From Chrysomallon squamiferum (Eukaryota; Animalia; Mollusca), in assembly GCA_012295275.1 (NCBI GenBank), contig CM022673.1:25048001-25112000 (forward strand): a stretch of 64,000 bases of DNA, given 5' to 3'. The notes beneath the pieces are model-generated. The model was not told where the DNA came from and ran no database searches. It was given only the letters and a program-made list of their open reading frames with translations. How positions within the stretch are numbered: the first letter of the stretch is position 1; the number at the start of each line of letters is the position of its first letter. This document shows, in pieces, positions 1-14,035 of this stretch. A program made the position numbers and the translations under genes.

Positions 1-12
1 CTCATTACTCAT
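1..12 (-). CDS. Possible start of a further first coding exon (MSNE...), truncated by the window edge
   Basis: Minus strand reads caacATG AGT AAT GAG (A at -3), with three CpGs retained within positions 50-102. No donor is visible, so this is weak. Confidence 0.15.
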
Positions 13-1158
13 GTTGACTGTTGTAACAGCTGCTGTTTTGCTTGTGTATTTCGCACAAACGTGTCCACATTTTCATCTCAGAGTTCAGAACTAGGGTTGA
101 CGGTTCCTTCTATTTTTTTTTCCATAAAAATATGGAGACAGAGAATAAAAGATGTCATGTAAACATATTGAATGTTTTACTGATTTATACAAATTATTTA
201 ATTCAGAATCTAGGATGAGAAAAAAAAAAAAAATGTTCTCTCTCTCTGCTATTTAAAATATAAATCAGAAAAATAATTTTTTTTTTAATCATATAGAGAT
301 TTTCATTTTCATTTTTCTTATTAATTTTAAATTTTTTCTTTTACTTTTTTTTTGTTATTTTTCTTTACTTATTTTTTTTTTAGGGGTGGTGGTGATGGGA
401 AATCAGGAATTATATTTTAAATATATATATATACATACTGTTAGAAATTATTTTCTTATTGCTAAACACAAAACAAATTCTGTTGACACCAGACAAGATA
501 AACATGAGACAAGCTTGTTTTTACCACACTGAAAGTTAATTAAACCAGTCACACGAGATAACTAAAAAGATATGGTAATCCCTTAAACCAGCAAGTAATC
601 CTCCAAACATGAGTGACACAAACATTTCATTACACGGAAATCAATAGAAGTCATAGAGGATGAATATTCAATTTAAACACAGTAATGGTTTCATTCTGAA
701 ATACTCTTCAATGGTGGGTAAATATTCAAAGGTTAATACTGCTTTTTTAAAAAAATTTATATCATAGAGAAATACTGGACACAAAAGATTTAACAAAAAT
801 AAAGAAGCTTAAATGCTTTTTCATTACGGAAAAATTTAAATTACTTGCATTAATTCTTCTTTTCTTTAATTCTCATTACAAAAGACTCAACATTAATGTT
901 TCTTTATGGGAAGAAAAACAATTGCTTTTTGCAATTAAGAAAATGAAAGTCAATTAACGTATATTTATTTTCACAACACCTGATCTCAGTTTATAGTGAA
1001 TGTTTGTTAGATGTCAAAGATATAACAGTGATGTGGAAGAGGAAAAGCCTTAGGATAATCTAATAATGTATGTGCAGTGGATCTTTTATGTATAAACTTC
1101 CTAAACAGCACAATACATTATACTGTGGATTTTGACAAAAACTGGTTATTACAACAAT

Positions 1159-1201
1159 TTAGCAGCAAGTGAAATTTCATACAAACCTACCCATAGACAG
1201 G
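1159..1201 (-). mobile_element. SINE core fragment
   Basis: ttagcagcaag...cccatagacagg matches the core seen at 3080-3152 and the reverse complement of 61380-61452. Confidence 0.45.
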
Positions 1202-2577
1202 GAAATGTCCTCTATTAATAAACCAGACAATAAATTTGTTTTACCTTAACACAGCATTTCCTGTTCTGGATCTAATCATTTTGTCCTTCTGACTTATTAA
1301 AGCATTTAATGACACATGTGAATTCAGACCCTCGCAGATCACTTTGTCTGTTACACTTGTCTTTTTATAAACTTAAATAATACAAGTACTACAGAACTGT
1401 TTTCAAAGTGGCTATAAATAAGATTTGTTCTCAAAGCATCCAAAATGACCAGCTGATTAGTTTGTAAATTGGTTTCTGGACAACTGAAGAAAATTACTCT
1501 TCATCTTGCAAGACTACAGCCAGAAGTAAAAGAGATCACCCGACACCAATCAACATATTCAGAGAAAAAGCCAGTTAAAATTATGCACAGTCACAATGAA
1601 AATTTTAACTAAATCTGAACAGAAGTTACTTCTTAATGAGTTACAAATTATCAGTCTGTATTTTACAATTTTACATTAATGATAATTAGAAATTTGAAAT
1701 GATATTTTAAAATTAATTTTCAATAGAGGGGTATGTTACACATTCAAAGAAATGTCCAATAATTGACAAAACACAATATTATTATTATTATTATTTTCTT
1801 TCTTTCTTTTTTTTCTAAAGAATGTGAAAAGCAAAACTTTAACTCACCAAGAATTCCTGCTTTTCATTTTCAGCAGTTCCGTTTCAAACTGACTGCACTT
1901 TTGTGTAATATAATGAATAAACTGTTCAGATAAATTATTTTTTTTTTTTTTTTTTTTTTTAAAGAATGAAAAATAGAAATCACTTTTAAAAACAAGTACT
2001 GTAACTTCAAACACCAGTGTAACAGTGATGTTGACACAATTAGAACATTTATAACAGACAGCTGTCTCTCTCACATTACACACTTGAGAACAATGATTTA
2101 GGATATTGACACTTGGGAAAATCCTTCATAAAACAAGAGACTTGTTCCAGCTGAAATTTCCTCCAGCTATTAACTGAGCTTTCTTCATGGTCAGTCAGCA
2201 ACTGCACAGGACAATGTTAGATTTTAATAAGAAATTCAACATCCTGCTAACACAGAAAAATCCTAGCAGTTCACAGGTTTGTTGTTATGTAAAGTCAACA
2301 GTTGTGACCACAAAAACTCAAAAAAAAAATCCTCCTTAAATCTAATACATTTATATTAATATTACACTAATACTTGAAATCCACATGTGCACAATACTTT
2401 AAACTGTTATTAACTAATTCATTTTAAAAAACAAAAAAAAATAAAAATAAATAAAAATTAATAAATAGTACAAATTAGGTGATACAGATCAATTTTCATT
2501 TATCTCTTAGAAATGAATTTTACATTTAGACAATTAATAATGTATTTAAAAAAAAAAAAATTAGTTTATACATTTAC

Positions 2578-2770
2578 CTTGAATACCCATGTGAAAGTCT
2601 GTGAACTCGGAATCAGTGTTAATCGGCAGCAGAGATGAAGAGTGTTTGTGAAATGTATTTTATTCTCTGCTGTCAGGTAATTTGCTTATTGATTTATCCT
2701 CTCATGAACTGTAATCCACGATGCCCAGCCATTTCAAAATGGCTAATGATGAAAAAAGGACACCGAGTAT
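2578..2770 (-). other. Candidate alternative first exon (MGIQ-G, phase 1, or purely 5'UTR)
   Basis: Donor CAAG|gtaaat at 2578/2577 and ATG at 2590 with an upstream in-frame stop. About six CpGs in 2600-2850 against a CpG-poor background. Phase differs from the other exons. Confidence 0.3.
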
Positions 2771-3079
2771 TTAACTAGAATACAAACATAGGCAACCTCT
2801 CCGAAATATGAAGTGTTTAACCTGTGTCTTTTAATACAGCTTGCCGAAATATCACAGATTTAATTAACAGCTGATCATATTGGAGATGTGTAAGAAGAGG
2901 AAGACATCTGATGAGATAATGTAATCAATAATGTGAAAGTTTTGTTAAAAGGGAAGAAGAGGGCTTTATTCAGCCAAGTACTTAATACATCTTTAATGTG
3001 AAGTTTTTATCTGGTGGAAATACTGTCCAGGAAGTTTAGATATAACTGAGTAAACTAACTGCTGCAACACAAAGGACTA

Positions 3080-3152
3080 CTTATTGATTAGCAGCAAGGA
3101 ACCTTCTATATTTACCTTCCTATAAACAGGAAAAGTATTTATCACAACCTTT
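3080..3152 (-). mobile_element. SINE core fragment
   Basis: gattagcagcaaggaaccttctatatttaccttcctataaacagg is the reverse complement of the core seen at 33510-33570 and 61385-61435. Confidence 0.55.
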
Positions 3153-3930
3153 CAAATAACTGAGGACTAATCGTGTATTCTAACCACTAGAATACAGCCT
3201 GCCTTTCAAAACTTTTGTGTTTATTATCAAGAACTTTGATATCAATTTTTTGTTTTTGATTTCTAACTTCTGAACTTCAAGATTGGTCTACAAAATAATT
3301 TTTTTTTATATTTATATCTTTAACTCCATTTTAGCTCCTGCACAAAATTCAAAACTAAACTGTGTGTAGGTAATTTAGTTTATAAGTCTGTGACTGTGGT
3401 AGATCAATAAGACAATCTGTCTGCTGTGGACAAGTAATTATGTTTCCGCTCAAAGTAATGGTTATCAATTCTCCAGGTGTTTGGTATCATTAGTCATGAA
3501 GACCAGACTCTGGGGACTTTTGCATGCAGAACTGTCTCTCAAACAAAATGCTTTCATATCCTAGGAGGTTTATTGTCAACATTTATGGGCGTCAGATGTC
3601 TTTTTGAAAACTGCAGATAATGAAAGAGAAAACTCAAAGCAGCCAAGCAACTAAAAAAAAAATATAAAATATAAATAAAACATTATTCAAAAAAATAAAA
3701 GAAAAAGAAAAATAAGATGTTTACTTCTAAAGTCTAGGCTAATAAAATAAAATAAACTTTTAAAATGAAACTCCACAGGATTTGAAACTGGTTAAAATTC
3801 ACGCTTGTTGTAGTTTCAGCAAAAAGAAAAAACGTGGCAACAATTTATTTTAATTTTAAAAAAATAAGTCAGAATCGCACCCTATTTTTAGTCAGACTTG
3901 ACACAATCAGCCCAACTGTCTGGTACTCAC

Positions 3931-3939
3931 CTGTAACAT
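3931..3939 (-). CDS. Candidate micro first coding exon (MLQ), phase 0
   Basis: Minus strand aggATG TTA CAG|gtgagt has a consensus donor and A at -3. Too short to exclude chance. Confidence 0.3.
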
Positions 3940-5054
3940 CCTGAGATGTGAAATTTTAAGTGTATATTAAATCACTTGATGCAGTGCAAGTTCAAAAAGA
4001 GAGATAGATATTCACTGTTAAATAAACTTGGCACATCAGTGAGAGTGAGCTTAAGTAGTTAATATATCACATGTCAAAATTCTGATTTAAAAAAAAATAA
4101 AATTTAACAAAAATATATATATATATACTTTTTAAAGTTTGTCTCATAATGAATAAGCCACAGAATTAGTTCAGTGGTTAAAATAGTTACCTATTTTTTG
4201 TGTTTGTAGGCATTAAAAATAATTATCCTGTAATACTTTCTATTTCAAAAACCTAACTGTTCTGGAGTTGTTGTTGTTGTTTTTGTTGTTTTTTTTTTCA
4301 TTCTTTATTAATCAATACTATTGAAAAGCATAATTTCTGTAATAATAAATCAATGCAATACAAATACATGCTCTTTGTAATATTAAACTTTGATGTACAG
4401 TCAACATCACCTTTGTCAAAACACAGGTCAAAATTCACTATATCTTGTCTGTTTGCTATCTATCTATCTAGATAACAAAAAAACAACAACTTTAAAGTAA
4501 ATTACTAAGGTGTTGAATGATGTTTTACTGCATAAAATCTGAGGATTATGATTAGTGTTAGATTCTGATGTAATAACTGCAGATTCAGCTAAATAAGTAT
4601 GTTATAAAACTGTAAATCTACAGACAAACAAATCATTTGAGCCCAACACATAACCCGCATACAGTTAATCAGTAGCACATATTCTTAAGACTCTGACTAC
4701 AGGATACAACAAAAGTGGTTTTTCCAATTACTGAAAAACTGCATTAAATTGATTTCAGTTAATCTGCATATGTATTTTTACAAGTTACAATTAATTAAAA
4801 ATATGTTTTGTATAATAGAATGCGCATAACAATAATTTTAATTGTTTATTATTATTATTATTATTTTTTTTTGGAAGTGGTTTTGGATAACAGATTTGAA
4901 GAGGTGCTTGATAAAGGGATTGACGGGGATAAATGATAACTGATACTTTTAACTTTGTTAATCTGATAATCTGATAAACAGCGAATTATCTCTGAACTGA
5001 CCAGATATATTTGGATTGCTCTATTTTTGTACTTTCCACATTTTTTTTTTCTTT

Positions 5055-5089
<35 letters not shown>

Positions 5090-6237
5090 CATTTTATTGA
5101 AAATGAAAAATGATCATTCATGCAGAAATAATCAGTTTCAGAAAAATATTTTCTGTCATGAAATGCTTTTTTTCAAACAACCCCAATAAACCTGGATTTG
5201 TTTCAGCTGTGTGAACATCTCTGTGATATTTCATATTTGTGCTTTTTCACATTAACAGCTACAAATCAAACTGACAACAGTATATCAAGGATATCAATTA
5301 AAAGGCAAAAACCATCATAACAGTGGATATGCTGTTCAAGGTAATATACAGTATCATTTTTTTAAAATATATTCAGAGGTTAAAAATAAAATAAAAGGAA
5401 AAAAAAAAAAAATTAAATTAAAAAAAAAAAAAATTTGTTAAAACAGTGTGTTCCAGATACATTTAATCTGCATAAGAAAATTCTACCAGTTTGACAGACT
5501 GAAACTAAATCTACATGCCATTATAAAATATTTACAAGTAACTGTTATAATTTTTCACCTCAGAACAGTTGTCTGTCAGAGATGATCAGAATGAACTGAT
5601 GTTAAGTGTTTACTTAGTCAACTCAGGCATCAAACAGGAATCTGTAAGTGCCTGGACAGAATGCTGTTTATTGATTAATTATCTACCATTTAAAAAAAAA
5701 TATTTTTGTTGTCAAAAACAACAAAACATCCTTCATACAGCTGTTAAATTCTTATTATTATGTTAAAAAAAAAAAAAAAAAAAATTTATTTTAATATAGA
5801 AATGATTTTTAAAATCCATATATGTTTATCTTCCGGTAAATGCATATCAAAATTTATTGCTTTATGAAAATTTAAAAATTTTAAAATAATTTAAAAAGTC
5901 TGATTTCCTCTAAAGGGATTTAAGTCACAGTTAGATGATTACATTATCATTATTGAATCAACACTAAATAAAATTTGTAAAGTCTCATTATACAAAAATA
6001 TAAAATATGCTGATGAAAGATCCTGATAAAAGATTCAAATTATCCTGTTTCAGTTTATACAAAGCATATTATGTTGTAAACATTTTATTTAGGATAATAA
6101 ACAATTCAGTCAGCATTTGACTTCTTAAAGATTCCACGATGCTACAAAAACAACTGAAGAATGGAGTGAATGACCGTTCATTATAAGATCAATATGTCTC
6201 CAAGTTTCTTCTGACAATTTCTTTAAGATACTGACAT

Positions 6238-6321
<84 letters not shown>

Positions 6322-6337
6322 GTCTGTCTGTCTGTCT
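6238..6337. repeat. (TC)n followed by (TCTG)n microsatellite
   Basis: Directly visible. Explains the ER-repeat ORF 6125..6352. Confidence 0.97.
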
Positions 6338-8197
6338 ATACAGTTGTATCAAATTCTTTATCTTTCTTCTACTTCCTTCTTCTCACCAAGCACACATATT
6401 AATTAGACAGTATACATATTTATTTCCTGAACAGACAAATTTGACAAAGATCAAGATTGGCCCTTGGTGTCCTGTTTTAACATGAACTTATTTTATCTAA
6501 CTGTACATTATTTATCTTTTTCATGTTAAAATGGTATTAAAACTCTTCATTTAACATTTGAAACAATCATTGTTTAATAGTGTGGTTTCCAAGTACAGTA
6601 CAACATATCATCTGTTATAGTCTTCTGTTCAGAAAATAATTTTAATAAGTAATTTTGTATTCGTTCATTATTTTTGCCTTCTACTTTATATTATTATTAC
6701 TATTATTATTATTATTATTACTATTATTGTTGTTGTTATTGTTGGTAATGGTTACTGTTGAGGTCACTGTTGTTGTAATTAGAAAACACTTAAAACAGCA
6801 TGATGAATATTCAACTGGATATTGGCAGAAATCGAAAAAGACCTTCATCTTCTGATCTATTTAACAACAAATAATTAATAATAATCCACTAATATGTTAA
6901 TAAGGTATTAGAGTTTAAGTTCCAAACAACAAATGAGCAAAAAATATAATCACCGATAATTAAAATCCATAAATATGTGTTCATCCAAAAGATCTTTAAT
7001 CTACTATTCACCAGAATTATTAACTTTTATAAAAATTACCGTACATTTTTATGATCAACATCACTGCAAAAAAATACTAGAACATACAAAAGAAAACAAA
7101 ATAATCAAAAACAGTTATATATATATAAAAAAATTAATAATCTGCAGAAATATTTTACATATGATAATTCTGGCAACAGATGCACTGGCTTGTTCATGTT
7201 ATATATTGGTTAAGCTGTTGGTTGACAAATCTGTTTATCAGATGTTTATGTGTGTGATGGACTGAAGAGCACTAACAACTGGAAGCCATCTGGAAGTCTG
7301 AACTGTCAGTTAGTTGTTGCAGTATACTGTATGTACAGCAGTTAGGCAGACACTGGTACTAAACATTCCGAGTACATTTTTTTTAATCCTCAAGTGGCAA
7401 TTACAAGGTCAACATTCTAACCAGGAAACATAAACACAACAACAAAGATGAATTAATGTATAGAAAAAATTGAAAAGATATGAGGAATTGAGGGAAAAAT
7501 AACAGACCATGCCCTCGACTGGGGTCAAGTTGATTATTTCCAGGAATCCAAACTCTTAATTTGCTTTTAATTTGTTTTTCTGTTTGAAAAATATAGAGGC
7601 AATTTTTCTTATTACATACTGCCAACAACTTGGATAAAAAAAACACACTATAATTTTGTTAAAAGATTAAGTAAGATTTAACATAATCTAGACAGTCTGA
7701 ACATTTCACATGCATACACTGTCACATTGGCGCAGCCTGTGTAGACTTTTTGTCCAAGTCTCTGCTCTCTCACCCAAAGGTTTAAATGAAGACTGATGCC
7801 AACAGATGAATTTATAATCTTTAAATATTAACTTTATTAACAATCAATCATCATTTTATAGAGAAAAGACAAGATTAAAATGTAGAGAGTATCATTCATC
7901 AGATAAAAGGTATAATTTCACATATCTGTGCTACATTCTGGAATTCTGAAATTATTTTATTTTTTAAAAATACACATATTATTTCTGACACTTAATTACT
8001 CAGATTAGCCAGGTGCCAATTATCAAACAAAAGTAATCAGTTTCATAAATCTTTTTTACAACCCTAAATACTGAAACTATTTTCTTTTCAAAATACATAG
8101 ATTATCTCTACATATCTTATGTCATGAAATAACACTATCCAGAGAAAAAGGATGAAGATTAATGTAAAAATAATACAAAATCAATCTTCTTTAACAT

Positions 8198-8415
8198 TTC
8201 CACTGGGCCGTTAGATACTCTTACCAGTGTTCTGTGTCTGTCTATAAAAAGCTATGGTATATTCAAAAGGTAAGATATAAAAGAACTTTTCCTGCTAAGA
8301 AATAAAATAGCCCTTGGAGTGGCAGCTGTAGGTTTCCCCTCTCATACGATCATTACACTATTGACTTGTGAATTAACACACGAAATGTTCAATGTTCATT
8401 ACACTGAAATATTTG
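8198..8415 (+). mobile_element. Decayed SINE copy (core plus 3' tail)
   Basis: atataaaagaacttttcctgctaagaaataaaatagcccttggagtggcagctgtaggtttcccctctc is colinear with the reverse complement of 56400-56465. Confidence 0.65.
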
Positions 8416-9510
8416 CCCATTCAAATGGTACACAAGTACTAAATCCATTTATTTATAGAAAGAACAAACAGTATTATAGAGAGAGAGAGTATTACTGTTT
8501 GCTTGCTGGCTGTCAAATATCCATTTCAGAGAATGTGCTGATATAAAACACAGAACATAAAAGCCAATATTCATCAGCTGTTTATGTTTATAGTTATTGA
8601 ACCATTGATCTGAATGTGAGAGGTTTTGAGTTTGTTATTTTTTTTTTACAGTGTGTACACATTTTCCTGGTAAGAAAATGTCAAGAAAATGACATAATAA
8701 ATACAAAAATAATAACTTAGATGAAATTAAGATTGTATTATGTACAATTGCTTAGAATGCTTTAGAATTGTCCATGAATTGACTTTAAGCCAATTTCATA
8801 CAACTTGAGTGGTTTAATTTAGTCTTCATATTGTGGGTTTCTGTATACTAAAAACCAATCCTGTAATAAATATTTCTAAAAATGAAACATGAATCATCAC
8901 CTCCTAATAACAGGACACAATTATTTACATTCATAATCTGTTTTAGATTATCTGTTATTATACTTATTGGTTTGTTATTTGTGTAAACAGAAAAATGAAA
9001 AGTTTAGTGTGTTTTAAAAAAAATTAAATAATCATATTCAGCACATTTGTGTATTTAACAAACATTAACTAAACTTGAAGTAAATTCAATGTTGCACAAA
9101 CCTTGTGCAACTATAAAAAGCTTATCAGACTGAGTATTGCATTTGTGAAGTAAAATAAACACTAAAGACTGAGCATTTGTACGTTTGTATGTTTAAAAAT
9201 TCTTTTAAACAATTAACAACAGACAGTAAACATCAGAATTTAAAGATAATTTCTTTGATCTAATTAAAGTAAAACTCATTGTGGTGTCTTAATGTATTAG
9301 CAGCTGAAGAAATTTTTTTATTTAAAAAACCAAACAAATTGTATCATGTCCTGAACAGTACATAATGATGGGCTGAAGACAAATAGTTTAAATCGAATTA
9401 CACAAACACCTTCAGGCACTTATAACCTTGACAACATAAACTATTTACTGTAAAGTAATTCAGAATGTTAACAAGGTAAAAATAATGTAATAGATACTGA
9501 ACAAACAACT

Positions 9511-9730
9511 CTTTCAAAGCATAAACATATTTCATCTAATCTAATTTTAAGGTTTTAAATAAATGAAATAATGGTAAGTTATGCAACCCTTTCAAACACA
9601 AACGTATATCATCTAATCTAATTTAGATTTTTTAAATAAATGAAATAATGTTAAATTATTATGAACGTATGATCCTTTCAGACATAAAAAAAAAAAAACT
9701 ACTTCATCTAATCTAATTTAGATTTAAAAC
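9511..9730. repeat. Degenerate tandem repeat, about 80-bp unit, about 2.7 copies
   Basis: ctttca...tcatctaatctaattt recurs at 9511, 9589 and 9675. The first two copies also share ttttaaataaatgaaataatg. Confidence 0.85.
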
Positions 9731-9859
9731 AGATTAAAGTGATATTTTTTTGCTCAACAGATAAAAAACTAAAAACAAAAACCAGCTCTTTCCCTTTGAT
9801 CTGACCTTATTCTGATCTACAGGGTATTGGTAAAAGCAGTAAGCAAAGAAGTCATTAAA

Positions 9860-9925
9860 TGTTGATGATGTGAGATAAATCAATTTTGTTGATGATGTGA
9901 GATAAATCAATTTTGTTGATGATGT
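9860..9925. repeat. 27-bp tandem repeat, about 2.4 copies
   Basis: tgttgatgatgtgagataaatcaattt is repeated exactly. Confidence 0.93.
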
Positions 9926-9978
9926 TCACTTCTGGATGAGACATTGAGAGGCTTAATAATTCATGCTACTTTCTCTTT

Positions 9979-10009
<31 letters not shown>

Positions 10010-10497
10010 CAAGTTCTTGTCTAGAGATGAAGGCAGAAAGTGATAGACGTGGAATAGTTTTGAGCCAATCAACAATTTGGCAAATTACACGCAGTTTGTT
10101 TAGTGATTCATTCAGTTAACAGTACAGACAGATTCCTTTGTAAGACTTGCTGGAAATAGATAATTTGCTGTATCTGATAAACACTCCAATTAAGTCTTTA
10201 TTAAGTGCTTAATAAAAACCATTTTACTTTGTATGCAGTAAACTGTACTATACATACAGCAGTTAATCTTTTAATCTCTCTCTCTCTCTCTCTCTCTCTC
10301 ACATAAACACAGACATACATATATACACACCAGATCCTGGTTAAAGGAAACAATGTTATCATTATTTGATTATTCTTATATAGTTATCTCCCTTATCTCC
10401 CATCTCTGTGCTGTCTCAAATTGTCTCACAAAATTATATTATCACAAACAAAACAACCCACTGAGACACCATTATTGTTCAGAAGTTAAAAATATTG

Positions 10498-10500
<3 letters not shown>

Positions 10501-10555
<55 letters not shown>
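10501..10555. repeat. (TG)n microsatellite
   Basis: Directly visible. Confidence 0.97.
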
Positions 10556-10557
<2 letters not shown>

Positions 10558-10656
10558 GCATGAGTGTATATATGTGTTAGAGAGAAGATACACAATTTTT
10601 TTCACTGTGTTATGCTTTATATATTTGTGTTATGGATATCAGATGACTTTTAACCA

Positions 10657-10658
<2 letters not shown>

Positions 10659-10721
<63 letters not shown>

Positions 10722-10741
10722 CATAATGATAATGATAATAC
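10659..10741. repeat. (AAT)n microsatellite
   Basis: Directly visible. Explains the poly-Ile ORF. Confidence 0.97.
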
Positions 10742-12101
10742 ATCTATAACATGAAATCATTAAATAATTAAATATTTTATTTGTGAGTATTTTCATGCCA
10801 AATCTAAAAAAAACTAGGTAGATGTTATCAGACATGCACGACAGATCAGGTTATATTTTGTTACTGGTTTTAAGTGTAGGGTTACCTCCTCCAAAGCCTT
10901 ACATTTGTCTAAATAACATAACCATAGCTGTAAAAATAATTTCAAAAAAAAATAACATATAATTGCTGCCAGGATCTTTCTGCACAGCTCTGTGAGACGT
11001 TACTAATCAGTTCAGGAGCTGATGTTAACAAATGTAGAGGTAATTCATCTTGTGAAACACTGAACATTCTTTGAAGTCATTCTTTGATCTTCTGCTCATC
11101 TCCAAATGTTTCACCACCCAAGATCAAACTCATTCTTCCAATTGTTTTAAAATGAATTTGATTATTTATTAATGAATGTCTACGAACACCATGCACAAGA
11201 AATAATAATAATATAGTTGATTAAGAAACGAAACTATTCACTCAAAAGAACATGTAACAGTTGACATTAAGTTGTAATACTACAGTACTGACATACACAT
11301 TCAGGATGACTGATAAGGTGCTTGTGGGCTTGTATTTGTTTTATTGCAATACTTGAGTTCAGTGATTTGTCAGCAGTTGAAAGTTTCAATCAGCTGAAGC
11401 TAAATTCATACCCTCAAAGAGACTCTTAAAAAAGCCTAGTCAATACTCTCTCTCTCAGGTTACAACTGAACAACTACTGTAAAAGAAAGGGCTTTGAATT
11501 GCTTGCTATAACGAAGAGCTGATCTCCTGAACTTTATGGAAACAGTAGAGTCTAGTCTAGCCCACAAGAAACGTGCTTGAACAGTTTATCTCATGGATGA
11601 ATGTAAAAAAAAAAAAAAACATTTATCCTCACAGAATGAGAAGATCAGGACTATATTTAAACCACAAGCAAGTTGCTAAATCAGGAAAACAGTCTAAAAA
11701 GATTTAAATTTTTTTTTTTTTTTTTTTTTTAAGAATTAGAAACCACATGAATATCTGCACTCACACTGAATCCTCCTGGCCAGGGAGACTGGGGAAGGGG
11801 GAGGGAGGGATGAGGAGAGATATCTCAGATTTCTCAGTCACCTGAGAACATGGCTGGACATTTTATTGCATTAGTTAAAATTGGAACAACCTCTGATCTG
11901 ATATGTACAGAAGACTACTGCTTAAGTTATTTTTTCAAACAAAAGCAAACAGTTTTGTTTGACTGTCTCTTTAGTGATGTTGTTTCAGTGTTTGCAAAGC
12001 TGTCAAGTGAAATGTAGAGGTGGAATGTCATTACAGCTAAAGTCCACTACCGATTGATACAGTAATCCAGCTTAATAAAATGAAAACAATAGAAAAATAA
12101 A

Positions 12102-12209
12102 TGTCAACAACAACAACAACAAAATAAAAAAAAAAAAAAAAAATAAAAAAAAAAATAATAATAATAATATAGTGGAAAAAGATATTCCTGTGTCAACAAC
12201 ACAACAAAA

Positions 12210-12244
<35 letters not shown>

Positions 12245-12267
12245 CTGGAAAAAGATATTCCTGTGTT
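12102..12267. repeat. Two-copy tandem duplication with diverged internal A-rich microsatellites
   Basis: tgtcaacaac...aaaataa...tggaaaaagatattcctgtgt occurs twice. Confidence 0.8.
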
Positions 12268-12596
12268 GGTGCTGTAGAAACTAAACATTATACTTTATAA
12301 AGCAGTGGTTCTAAGCTTGGCAGTAAAACCTCCCTGGAACACTTTGCAAACAAACAATAAAAATTATAGATTCATAATATAAAAGTGGTTGTAGCTGAAG
12401 TACATATAATCCAGTGAACTTCTATCATAGTATAAAATGTAGCCTAGCACTCCCAGTCTTAGAAAGATTTGAAATGGAGGTGTTAAAATACTAAACTTTA
12501 ACAGCCACTGTTTCAAAAAGTAGATTATCTGATATTAAGAAAGCAATTATTCACTGTTTAGTAACAATTAGTCAACTGTCTATATAACTAGATGAC

Positions 12597-12627
12597 AGAG
12601 ACAGAGAAAGAGGAGGGAGAGAGAGAG

Positions 12628-12717
<90 letters not shown>

Positions 12718-12720
12718 AGA
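12597..12720. repeat. (AG)n microsatellite
   Basis: Directly visible. Confidence 0.97.
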
Positions 12721-13800
12721 AGATTTGAGAGAAAGTCGACAAAAAAACAAAAAAACATTGACAGTACATTAAACTGAGTCCATTCGATTCAGAAATTCAG
12801 AGCAAAAACAGACTTGTAATGAGGACTCCTGACATTAACAGTATTAGCCGACTGGTCTGTGATTAGGTTGAAACATGCATAATTAGTAGCATTAATTGAT
12901 GGAGACATGCAAAATGATTCTGCTGTGTATGATTAGTGCTAGTTAAAGCAGGAAGCAGAGTCAGAGATGTTATCTAACATGTCATTAACATGCTAATCAG
13001 GAGGTGATAGTCTTTAAAAAGGAGATGAATAAGGTAATAAAAATAAGGATAGAAAAATGAAGGCAAAACCACAACATAGAAAGAAAAGAAGTAGATTTTA
13101 AGAATAAGTAAATTATAACTAAAAAGAGATTTATTTAATTACAGCAAACTTAATTATTCCCTTTCTATATAAAAAAAAAAAGAAGTAAAAATATTCATTT
13201 TCATTTTAAATTTTAATGCTATTATTGTATTATTAAAATTAAACAATTACTCACAAACAAAAACCCAAAGAAAATAACTTACCTTTAAAGAAAATTTAAA
13301 TAAATAAATTTAGATACAAGCTAATACTTCAGATATAATGTATATAAAAAAACAGAACTGGTAACAAAGACAACCACGTAGACAATTTATCAGGACTGAA
13401 AACAAATGTCTGTGCCAAATTGCAAAACCATGAAGACTTCTCCATGATAATTTAATTTTATTTCCCTTTCAATTTATTTTCTGTTGTTGTTGTTCTTCTT
13501 TTTCTTTCTCTTCTTTCTTTCTTTATTTCAATCTAAATTTTTTTTTTTTTTTTTTTTTTTGAGTTGAGAATGTGTCACTACTTGATCAGATTAGTGTGGA
13601 TTCAATGTTTCTGCAGCCTTAGTTTAGTTTTTTTATTATTATTGTCATTTTTGTTTTATTACAGTTTTGACAAGGAATGACAGAAAATCAATACTGCAAC
13701 TTACAAATGTGTGAACAGATACATACACACACACATATATGTACATATGTCACACTATATTACATCATATGAAAAGAATAATGCTGTAATGCTCAAGCAG

Positions 13801-13891
13801 AGAAAAAAAAAAAAAAATAAATAAATAAAATAAATAAACAAATAAATAAATAAAATAAATAAATAAATAAAATAAATAAATAAATAAATAA

Positions 13892-13953
<62 letters not shown>

Positions 13954-14035
13954 AAATAAAATAAAATAAAATAAAATAAAATAAAATAAAATAAATAAAA
14001 TAAAAAATAAAAAAATAAAATAAAATAAAATAAAA
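13801..14035. repeat. Poly-A, (AAAT)n and (AAAAT)n compound tract
   Basis: Directly visible. Explains three F/I/L/Y-rich ORFs. Confidence 0.97.
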
